DNA from: a virus
Virus record (IMG/VR): IMGVR_UViG_3300043409_001877
Span: 32,001 to 96,000 of that record
Strand: one strand, 5' to 3'
DNA: 64,000 nt
In this document: positions 50,431-58,834 of the stretch, piece by piece
Position numbering within the stretch: position 1 is the first letter of the stretch
Layout: each line of letters begins with the position of its first letter
Notes under the pieces: generated by a model
Database searches by the model: none
The model's input: only the letters and a program-made list of their open reading frames with translations
What the model was told of the DNA's origin: nothing
Position numbers and translations under genes: made by a program

Positions 50431-50467
50431 AAAAAAACCCAGTTTTTACGCTGGGTTCTTTATTTTT
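50431..50467. terminator. Probably bidirectional terminator after the sheath gene
   Basis: Stem aacccag / ctgggtt with A7 on the left and T-rich sequence on the right. Confidence 0.7.
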
Positions 50468-50494
50468 ATCTTTTTTTTAAATTAAACTACTCAA

Positions 50495-53400
50495 TTATAA
50501 GTTATCGAAAGATACACTTGTAGGTGTTACTACGAATTCTAATTCAATAAATTCTAATGTAGGTGTTGGTTTAATATAAATTTTACCTCTTAAAGTATTT
50601 CTATCAGTATCTTCAACATCATTTACCAAAGAAACTCTAAAGTCAGTTAAACCTCTTTCTTTTCTGATATTATCCAAGATAGGATTTACCAATGATAAGA
50701 ATTGACTTCTAACTTGTGCATCATTTGGATCAAATAATAATCTATTAGCTACAGCTACAATTAATTTTCTTGCTTGTAACAATAATCTTCTGATATTTAA
50801 TCTATTCATTGCACTATCTTTAACTTGTAAGTTTCTATTACCCCAAATTACAGTTCCAACGTCAGAGAATGTAGCGATAGGGTTAATTCTACCTGGATAT
50901 AATATATCTCTAGACTCTTGATCTAATTGAATACGAGCTCTAATACAACTTACTAAACCTCTATTGTAACCTGCTGTTGCAAACCAAGGGTGAGCCACAT
51001 TATCAGTGAAAGCTAAATTCTTAACAACTTCAGCTGTTGGTGGAATAAACACGTTAGCGTTATTCTCAACATCAGAAATCTGAATCCAAGGATAGTATAT
51101 TGCTGTGTAATTCGAATCAATTTCAGTTGCTGTTAATTCGTCAATAATATCAGCTGGATAAAGCCAATCTTCACTATTAGAAGGATTAGAGTTACCAATT
51201 AATTTCATATCTGGTAATGTTGGTAAGTAAATTGAGTCCATTCTCTTCTCTTCAACAATCTCAATAGTATCTCTAACTAAATCAGTGTTATTGATTATGT
51301 CAATACCTGGAGTTGCTAAGATATTAATTGTAGTTTGTTCAGGATTTTCAAATGTCTTAACACCATAAATTGTAGCATAATAATCTGAAGTACCAAACGT
51401 ATCATTATATTCTACACTTGTAAATGTATCAAATCCGCTTTGAACAAATCCAGTTCTACCAATTTTATATTCGTCAGTATTTGTTCTTTGATCTCTATAA
51501 ACATCAAAACCATCAAAACCACCAGAGAATAAAGCTGTGAACTTTCTAGTCTTCATATCGTAATATGGGTGTGTTGGTGTTGAAGCGATTAATACAGGGT
51601 CAGTAAATGAACCATAACCAGTTGCAAATACAACATCACCACTAGCATCTACAATTGCACTAGCGTTAATGTCCATATGGAAACCTTTTGTTTTTGTATC
51701 CCAATCTAAACCATCATTATATGTGTTATCACCAGGAGTTGCTGATCTCTTACCCTTAAAATTTAATAAATCTTTATCAAAACCATATTCAGTATCTGTA
51801 AAACCTAAGAATACTTTTCTAATTTTATCACCAGTTGAATAAATTGGTAATGCAAATGGCGGGTTAACAATTAATTCACCAGGTGCGTAATATTTTGTTT
51901 TGTAAGGTAACTCTGGAACACCAATATAACTAGAATCAGTTGAACCAGTACCAGTAGCTCTAAAATCATAACCTTCAAAACCAGAAGCAACTCCATCAAT
52001 TGGAGCGTTTTCAGCCATTTCAGCAACAATATAAGAACTCTTTAAAGGATATTTGTTATCAATTGTACCAATTTTTCTACCAATGTAGCTATCAGATGTC
52101 TCATCCATAGAAACACCTAAGAATCTTTCTAAGTAAACTGGTGTTTTATCAGAATCACCAAATGATCTTAAATAAACATCAAATGTTTTTTTATCTAAAT
52201 CAACATTACCTATTGAAACTTTAATTTCTGTATTAGCGTTACTACCATCAGATATAGAAATAAATCTAAATAATCTTTGTGGTAAACCACCTCTTAATTC
52301 AGAAACAAAGAAAGGTGTTGCTGGTGATTGGAATTGGAATTTATAATGATCCCAATCGTTTACAGTTAATAATTCATAATGTAAACCTTTAATTTCACCA
52401 AAAGTCCAACCTTTTCTCAATATTGAATCGTAAACATCCTCAACAAATAAGTAAGTATCTTTATCAGAAGCTGTAGAACCTAATACGTTTTTAATGTAAT
52501 TCTTTTTATTCTTATCTAATGAAACAGAATAAACAAAATCAGTTCCACCAGTTGTTGTTCCTGTAATATCAAATGTAGCAAAAGGATTCGATCCCGCTGC
52601 TGTAAATTGATCGTAACCAACTGTTGTTGAATCAACGTGGTAACCTAATTGATTAACAATGTAAGTACCTCTACTTTTTAATGTAGAAACTAATTTTTTG
52701 TGATATTTTTCATTAGGTGTTGCTGTAAACTCATAAGTTCTTAAGGTAGTTGTACCTGTAATAGTGCTAACACCAGACGTACCAATGTCGTAGTTATATA
52801 AAGCAAAACCGTAACCAGTATAAGTGTCAGTTGTCTCATCATAACTAAATTCATTAATTAAAATGTTATCAGTTCTATCACTAGTCGGAATACCAAGTGG
52901 TAATTCATAACCATCAACAAATACAGGATTTGCAGGCCCAGAACCAGTTAAAGTTTGAGCGTTTCTATCAGTAGTTAAATCAGTAACCTCAGTTGAATCT
53001 AAAATACCCCAATAGAATGCGTTATTTTTATACCAATCCTTAGTAGTATAACTAAGTGTTGAAAAGAATCTGTAGTAAGCTGTGTCGAATTTAGTTGAAT
53101 CAATACCGCTTAAAGTAGCAATATGATCAATTAATTCAGTAGAAGTGCCCGCAAGTTGGAATGGATTTTGAACTCCAGCTGTAATCGTGGTATCAATTTC
53201 AAAATCAAATGTAACATCACTTGATGTAAACTCCAATGTAGTTTTGTCAACAGTACCGATTGTTCTGATAGCATAAGACATACCGCCTTCATAACCAGAA
53301 AGACCTAATACACGTGTCACGTATAATTGGTTAGATTGACCCAAGTAAGATTTTGCTATGTATGGTAATTCATACTTAACAATTTGAGTATTTTTAAATT

Positions 53401-53590
53401 TTTCTGGGCTTGTACCTCCAAAAGATAATTTAAATTCATCATAATTTCTGATGAACATTGGTTGGAATGCAGGCCCTTTCTTAGTTTCACCAACTAATCC
53501 TAGGGTTGTAACACCGATTGTTTCAGTTGTGAATGTTAAATCTTTTTCCGATGTATAAACACCTGGTGATGCATAAACTTTGTTTGCCAT
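50495..53590 (-). CDS. Tail sheath protein, T4 gp18-like
   Basis: SPGVYTSEKDLT, GLVGET.KGP, YVTRVLG, AIYYPWI, PWFATAGYNRG, INPI...G.VIWG, RLNIRRL, LFDPND, IKPT..LEFI. Confidence 0.95.
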   Translation of the reverse strand: MANKVYASPGVYTSEKDLTFTTETIGVTTLGLVGETKKGPAFQPMFIRNYDEFKLSFGGTSPEKFKNTQIVKYELPYIAKSYLGQSNQLYVTRVLGLSGYEGGMSYAIRTIGTVDKTTLEFTSSDVTFDFEIDTTITAGVQNPFQLAGTSTELIDHIATLSGIDSTKFDTAYYRFFSTLSYTTKDWYKNNAFYWGILDSTEVTDLTTDRNAQTLTGSGPANPVFVDGYELPLGIPTSDRTDNILINEFSYDETTDTYTGYGFALYNYDIGTSGVSTITGTTTLRTYEFTATPNEKYHKKLVSTLKSRGTYIVNQLGYHVDSTTVGYDQFTAAGSNPFATFDITGTTTGGTDFVYSVSLDKNKKNYIKNVLGSTASDKDTYLFVEDVYDSILRKGWTFGEIKGLHYELLTVNDWDHYKFQFQSPATPFFVSELRGGLPQRLFRFISISDGSNANTEIKVSIGNVDLDKKTFDVYLRSFGDSDKTPVYLERFLGVSMDETSDSYIGRKIGTIDNKYPLKSSYIVAEMAENAPIDGVASGFEGYDFRATGTGSTDSSYIGVPELPYKTKYYAPGELIVNPPFALPIYSTGDKIRKVFLGFTDTEYGFDKDLLNFKGKRSATPGDNTYNDGLDWDTKTKGFHMDINASAIVDASGDVVFATGYGSFTDPVLIASTPTHPYYDMKTRKFTALFSGGFDGFDVYRDQRTNTDEYKIGRTGFVQSGFDTFTSVEYNDTFGTSDYYATIYGVKTFENPEQTTINILATPGIDIINNTDLVRDTIEIVEEKRMDSIYLPTLPDMKLIGNSNPSNSEDWLYPADIIDELTATEIDSNYTAIYYPWIQISDVENNANVFIPPTAEVVKNLAFTDNVAHPWFATAGYNRGLVSCIRARIQLDQESRDILYPGRINPIATFSDVGTVIWGNRNLQVKDSAMNRLNIRRLLLQARKLIVAVANRLLFDPNDAQVRSQFLSLVNPILDNIRKERGLTDFRVSLVNDVEDTDRNTLRGKIYIKPTPTLEFIELEFVVTPTSVSFDNL

Positions 53591-53698
53591 ATTTGTTAAT
53601 TTTTAATTTTTTTTTATTTACCTTGTTACTAACAATAAATATCTGTGTTTTTTTCAAAAAACAACAAATACACTTTACTTTCTAAAATAATTTATTTA

Positions 53699-54760
53699 TC
53701 ACCTCTTTAATTTGATAGTTATTGGATGATTAGCAGAACCAACCGCTTTAGATTGCCCTGTGATTTCATAAGTACCAGTCTCAAAACCACTAACACCTAA
53801 CCCCGCTAATTTTGATATTTTTGTCCCAGAATCAATAGTTAGAGCTTTACCCTTATCATCATAAGCGATCCCACTTAAAGACATTCCTTTTAAAATAGGC
53901 CCGCCAGAAATAAATGAAATAACCACCAATTCTAATGTTGGTGAAATATAACCCAAAATAGTAGAAGTTTTTGCTTTAGTAACATTTCCACCACCCTCAA
54001 CCATAGTAAATGTCCTATTTATTCCAGGAGTTACCTCAAAATCCTCAGGATCCAATATAAAACCTTGTAACATAAAAGAATATACTTGAACATAAAATCT
54101 TTTATTGTCTAAATCCGTGATTTTACTCTCATCTGAGGTGTCTTCTAAAACTATTGGTATATAATGACCATTTACTATTGTGTAAGCTTGTCTGCTTTGG
54201 AAATTCTTTAATATGATTGTATTAAATTTATTAAGGTCTTGTTGTCTATAAGCAAATATTCTTACATCATATGAAATATCAATTGGTACTGGTTGTGGTA
54301 TTGTGTAAACATCAACACCTTTTCTATTACCATCCCAAGTAGGAACTTCAGCGTAGGTATAATTCCTACCTTGAGGTACATTATATATTAGGGCTGGGTT
54401 TGATCCTGGTTTAGTATCTGGTTGTCTTACTATATTTACAAATGGTATTTTAACATTCTTATATTCGTCAGAAAATTTCCATGTTTTTGAAAACTCATTC
54501 CATTTTTGAATACCCATCATAAATACAGGCACTCTTTCACCATTTAATGTTAAAGCCATTGTATCAGTTACAAACTCCTTAAAACCAGCATCTAAATCAA
54601 TATGCATAACACCTCTTGGTAAATAAGCATCTTTATCGATTATCATATCCTTCATGTTTTCAGCGGCAGCACTTTCCATTCTGAAATTTTCAGTATATTC
54701 GGTACTTTGCCTATCCCTAGTTAGGTTTATCTTTTTTTTATATTTTCCTGGTAAAGCCAT
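53699..54760 (-). CDS. Tail terminator / sheath stabiliser, T4 gp15-like, with C-terminal extension
   Basis: PQPVPIDISYDVRIF...DLNKF; position between the neck and sheath genes. Confidence 0.65.
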   Translation of the reverse strand: MALPGKYKKKINLTRDRQSTEYTENFRMESAAAENMKDMIIDKDAYLPRGVMHIDLDAGFKEFVTDTMALTLNGERVPVFMMGIQKWNEFSKTWKFSDEYKNVKIPFVNIVRQPDTKPGSNPALIYNVPQGRNYTYAEVPTWDGNRKGVDVYTIPQPVPIDISYDVRIFAYRQQDLNKFNTIILKNFQSRQAYTIVNGHYIPIVLEDTSDESKITDLDNKRFYVQVYSFMLQGFILDPEDFEVTPGINRTFTMVEGGGNVTKAKTSTILGYISPTLELVVISFISGGPILKGMSLSGIAYDDKGKALTIDSGTKISKLAGLGVSGFETGTYEITGQSKAVGSANHPITIKLKR

Positions 54761-54762
54761 TT

Positions 54763-55284
54763 TTATAAACCGTTAAATTGATTTGGGTCAACTGTTACAC
54801 ATTGTACGGTGGTAAAATAACTTCTAAAACCATACATAGTACTTGCATTATCCACATTTATTTCACCATCATCAAACACTTCAAAATATTTCATATCTTT
54901 TTCACTGGTTGAATAACCAATAATATCACCATACGATATTTTAACATTTTTATCACTTAATTCTTTATTTAAAACAGTAAAAACTAAATTACCATGTTCT
55001 TGATATCTTAACGAACCATTATCACCATATGTTTTATTTTCAGCATCATCTAATTTAGGTAATACGTTCAACTCAACGGGAGATAAAAATCTAATTTCAC
55101 GTGATTCACTCTCCCCATAAACATCATCACTGTTACTATTAACTCTATCTATTCTATATAAAACAACCCTAAAATTAGCATCTTCATTAATTACCTCCAT
55201 AGCCATATCCAGATCAGTTTGATAATCAATGTCATCATAATACCTAGAAAGTCGTGTGATTGGTATGCGATTCTTACGTTCCAT
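54763..55284 (-). CDS. Neck / head-closure protein, T4 gp14-like
   Basis: VVLYRID....DDVYGES....F..PVEL...GDIIGY......YFEV. Confidence 0.65.
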   Translation of the reverse strand: MERKNRIPITRLSRYYDDIDYQTDLDMAMEVINEDANFRVVLYRIDRVNSNSDDVYGESESREIRFLSPVELNVLPKLDDAENKTYGDNGSLRYQEHGNLVFTVLNKELSDKNVKISYGDIIGYSTSEKDMKYFEVFDDGEINVDNASTMYGFRSYFTTVQCVTVDPNQFNGL

Positions 55285-55322
55285 TTAGTTTTTTTATATA
55301 AATAGTCTAATAAGAACCTATA

Positions 55323-55353
55323 TTGACTTTTAAATAAATATTTCGTATTATTG
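55323..55353 (+). promoter_or_regulatory. Host-RNAP-type promoter for the 55363/SNF2 operon
   Basis: TTGACT-N17-TATTATTG, ending 9 nt before the ATG. Confidence 0.7.
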
Positions 55354-55362
55354 TAATAAAAA

Positions 55363-55869
55363 ATGAGAGATCAGATATTAGAATATTGTGAATTTGAAAA
55401 TAACGTTAAAGAATTATTTATACCTAAACAATTTGATGATTGTTTATTGGGTATTTGTCATAGAATGGATGAGTCATTTACAACAGCATATGATTTAAAC
55501 AAAATCATAGTTAAAATTATGAAAAAGAATAGTTTAACGTATGATGAGGCTATTAGAAACTTTAATTTAAACATCTTGGATAAAAATCCAACAATATCAT
55601 TTATTTTAATAACAGATCAAAATCAGGATTTACTTTCTGAGTATAATAATAAAATGTTATTCTTAGATGGTTTTGATGACAATTCTATAATTGGAGTTAG
55701 AATTAAATCTGGGTGTAATATTGTGGCTGCGTATGACGATAGTATGTGTATTCAGTCATTAATAGATGGTGAGGACATGGATGAAACGGATGCTATTGAG
55801 TTTTTTGAATACAATACTCGTGGTTCATTTGTCGGGAATGACACACCAGCCATTGTAACATTATTTTAA
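55363..55869 (+). CDS. Hypothetical phage protein made of two tandem copies of a small domain
   Basis: FDDCLLGI...AYDLNKII..IM....TYDEAI..F..NI versus FDDNSIIGV...AYDDSMCI..LI....DETDAIEFFEYNT. Confidence 0.7.
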   Translation: MRDQILEYCEFENNVKELFIPKQFDDCLLGICHRMDESFTTAYDLNKIIVKIMKKNSLTYDEAIRNFNLNILDKNPTISFILITDQNQDLLSEYNNKMLFLDGFDDNSIIGVRIKSGCNIVAAYDDSMCIQSLIDGEDMDETDAIEFFEYNTRGSFVGNDTPAIVTLF

Positions 55870-55870
55870 T

Positions 55871-57652
55871 ATGAACATACCAATAGAAAAAAAAGCATTA
55901 GATATATTAAAAGAATACAAAGGTAATAATGATTATATTTTAGGCATACAAAATGATTATTTTAAAGCCAAATCATTCATACCAACAAAAAAACAATCAG
56001 AATATATTGTAAGATTTGGTAATATCGATTCAGTTGTTGTTAACAAATATGTTGAAGTACAAAGGTCTTGCAGAGAATTTGTTCAAATTCAATTATGTTT
56101 ACTATCACAACCAGAAAAGATTTTTATAAATAAGTTACTTTCTAGAAGAGGCGATTTACTTCATATTTGGGGATGTTTTGGTGATGATTGCAAAAATTAC
56201 CAAGGGATATTCATCGCAAAAGAATGTATTAAAAAAAATAAAGAAATCCCTAATATTGATTTTAGTAAGTATGAGCGTGATCCTAAACCTCACCAAATTA
56301 CAGCGATTAATAAATTATTAATTAACGATAAGTACATACTAGCTGACGACATGGGTTTAGGTAAAACTACGTCTTCTATTATCGCAGCAATGGAAGGTAA
56401 TTTTAAAAAGATATTAGTTGTTTGTCCAGCCTCATTAAAACTTAATTGGAAAAAAGAAATTATGAATTACGATAGGGTTGAAAACATATCTATCGTGGAC
56501 TCTGGTGATTTTAGAGTTAATAAATGGACTATTGTTAATTATGATATTCTTAAAAACTTTCACCACCTACCACAAAGAGGTGTTAAGATGTCTGACTTAC
56601 CAGTGTCCCCAATTGACTTTCATAAATTTGATTTAGTTATTGCGGATGAAGCGCATTACCTAAAAAACTCAACATCTAATAGAACCAAGATATTTAACGA
56701 TTTTGCTTCTAGAATTGAAAATCGTTGGCTTTTAACTGGTACCCCCATTACAAATAAACCTATTGATTTTTATAATTTATTATTTTTATGCGACTCACCA
56801 ATTGCAGCCAATTGGGTTCATTATGTTAGACGTTATTGCGCTGGTAGGCAATTCAACAGAAAAGGTACAAAGCAAAAATATTGGATGACATCTGGGGCTT
56901 CTAATTTAGATGAGCTTAGAGATTATGCTACTGACGTTATGTTAAGGAGAACTAAAAAAGACTCAATTGATTTACCACAAAAAACAATCAAGCCAGTTTA
57001 TTTACCAATGGAATATTCAATCAGCTATAACACATATTTAAAGGAATACCAAGACTGGGTTGATAGTACCGAAGGACAGGAAGAGAAACCAAAGATTAGT
57101 GATCACTTAACTAAATTAATAAAAATACGTCAGTTACTATCAAACGATAAAATTGAACACACTATCAAATTAGCTGAAGATTTAATTGAAAACGACAAAA
57201 AGGTTATTATATTTAGTTGCTTTACCCAAACAATAAACGCAATACACGAACACTTTGGTAAGAGTTCTGTTATTATTGACGGTTCTGTTTCATCAAAAAA
57301 TCGTGATCTTGCCGTTGAAAAATTTCAAAACGATGATAAGATTAAAGTATTTTGTGGTAACATAGTTGCCGCTGGGGTTGGTTTGACATTAACAGAAGGT
57401 AGTATTGTTATCTTTAATGATTTAGATTGGGTTCCAGCTAATCACGCACAAGCTGAAGATAGAGCGCACAGAATGGGTCAAGATAAACCAGTTCATATTA
57501 TATATCCACTGTTTGATGAAACTTTAGACGTTTTAATGTTCCAATCGTTACAAAGAAAAATGAAAATTATTACTCAGGTTATGGGCGATAGTACAGAAGT
57601 TGATGATACTTCTGTTGGGCGTGAAGTTATTGGTAATTTAATGAAACATTAA
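55871..57652 (+). CDS. SNF2-family helicase (HARP/SMARCAL1-like)
   Basis: LADDMGLGKT, VVCPASLK.NW, DEAH, LLTGTP..N, GVGLTLT, QAEDRAHRMGQ. Confidence 0.92.
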   Translation: MNIPIEKKALDILKEYKGNNDYILGIQNDYFKAKSFIPTKKQSEYIVRFGNIDSVVVNKYVEVQRSCREFVQIQLCLLSQPEKIFINKLLSRRGDLLHIWGCFGDDCKNYQGIFIAKECIKKNKEIPNIDFSKYERDPKPHQITAINKLLINDKYILADDMGLGKTTSSIIAAMEGNFKKILVVCPASLKLNWKKEIMNYDRVENISIVDSGDFRVNKWTIVNYDILKNFHHLPQRGVKMSDLPVSPIDFHKFDLVIADEAHYLKNSTSNRTKIFNDFASRIENRWLLTGTPITNKPIDFYNLLFLCDSPIAANWVHYVRRYCAGRQFNRKGTKQKYWMTSGASNLDELRDYATDVMLRRTKKDSIDLPQKTIKPVYLPMEYSISYNTYLKEYQDWVDSTEGQEEKPKISDHLTKLIKIRQLLSNDKIEHTIKLAEDLIENDKKVIIFSCFTQTINAIHEHFGKSSVIIDGSVSSKNRDLAVEKFQNDDKIKVFCGNIVAAGVGLTLTEGSIVIFNDLDWVPANHAQAEDRAHRMGQDKPVHIIYPLFDETLDVLMFQSLQRKMKIITQVMGDSTEVDDTSVGREVIGNLMKH

Positions 57653-58801
57653 GAATGAATATTGGACATCCCCTCTTTGAGCACCAATATCACCTTCACC
57701 TTTAGGTGCTACCATTATATTATACTCTAATGGATTACCTTTTGGTTTTGCTAAAAACTCATCATACGTTAAAATAGAATTAACATCAACACCATATTCA
57801 TCAGACAACCTTTGTTTAAGAGTTTGAGCACCATTTTCATCTTTATAAATTAACTTACCTTTATCATCCACTTGATAACTAGGGTTTTTGCCTGATGTTG
57901 TTTTAAGGAATAAATCATCAAACATACTTTTTGGTACAGTAACAGCTTGTTTTTTACCTTTAATATCTTTTATTTTGTTAAGCTCTCTTTTATTAGCGTC
58001 TGTTGAAAAGTTTACAATCATATCATCATCATTGAAATTAATGATATCACCCATTTTAGTATAAGCATATGATTTTATGTTATAACCTTCAGCTTTTAAA
58101 TTTTTTGTAATATTAAGGGCGATTTGATGATATTTCTTAGTAAAAAAATCACCCGCATCATTCCATCTAAATTGTATTTCTTTAGTTGGGTTTTTTAATG
58201 CGATTATTTCAAGCTCATGCTTTAATAATTTTTCAAATCTTTCAGGATAATTTAATAATAAATTTAATATTCTTGTTTGTTTAACAAACACATCTGGAAA
58301 CATAACATAACTACCTTTTCTAGCATAACAAATCATAGCACACGTACCAGCACCAGGACAAGTGTTTACAATATAAAACTTTTGGTCATCAATATCATAA
58401 ACTAAACCACGTAAAGCTGGAATACCAATATTTACAGAAAATGAGTTATCTGTTTTAGATTTCTCCATCTTCATATTAATACTCAATAAATCATTTGGCA
58501 TTGCTGTTATCTTTTTAATGAACCCATCAACATCAATACCACCCTCTTCATCAAACGGGATAGTTTTTGCGTGAATGTATGGTTTATCTAAAGCTAATTT
58601 TTCACGATCAGACGGTTTTTCTTCACTATTCTTAACAATACCGTTTAAATATTCTTTTAGACCATTTGGGTCGATACATTTTTTAGATACATCACTAAAT
58701 TCATTCCAGTCAATTTCGCTTAAAGTAAATGGATTATCTAAAATACCAGCATTTCTTCTAATTTTATTTAAAGTTTCGTTTAAAGTTATTTTTTTATTCA
58801 T
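57638..58801 (-). CDS. Gp88-like (Cys-cluster, radical-SAM-like) phage protein
   Basis: TCPGAGTCAMICYARKG, FRWNDAGDF, YAYTK; C-terminal His. Confidence 0.65.
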   Translation of the reverse strand: MNKKITLNETLNKIRRNAGILDNPFTLSEIDWNEFSDVSKKCIDPNGLKEYLNGIVKNSEEKPSDREKLALDKPYIHAKTIPFDEEGGIDVDGFIKKITAMPNDLLSINMKMEKSKTDNSFSVNIGIPALRGLVYDIDDQKFYIVNTCPGAGTCAMICYARKGSYVMFPDVFVKQTRILNLLLNYPERFEKLLKHELEIIALKNPTKEIQFRWNDAGDFFTKKYHQIALNITKNLKAEGYNIKSYAYTKMGDIINFNDDDMIVNFSTDANKRELNKIKDIKGKKQAVTVPKSMFDDLFLKTTSGKNPSYQVDDKGKLIYKDENGAQTLKQRLSDEYGVDVNSILTYDEFLAKPKGNPLEYNIMVAPKGEGDIGAQRGDVQYSFLMFH

Positions 58802-58810
58802 TGATGCAAC

Positions 58811-58826
58811 TATTTATCTATAAATA
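58811..58826. promoter_or_regulatory. Divergent pair of putative late motifs TATTTAT / ATAAATA
   Basis: tatttat (58811-58817) is 17 nt before the plus-strand ATG at 58835; ataaata (58820-58826) is 18 nt before the minus-strand ATG at 58801. Confidence 0.6.
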
Positions 58827-58834
58827 TCTATCTT

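Noticed and set aside
50138-50494. tRNA or CRISPR mini-array in the largest intergenic region
   Set aside because: No cloverleaf or T-loop GTTCRA context and no regularly spaced 25-40 bp direct repeats.
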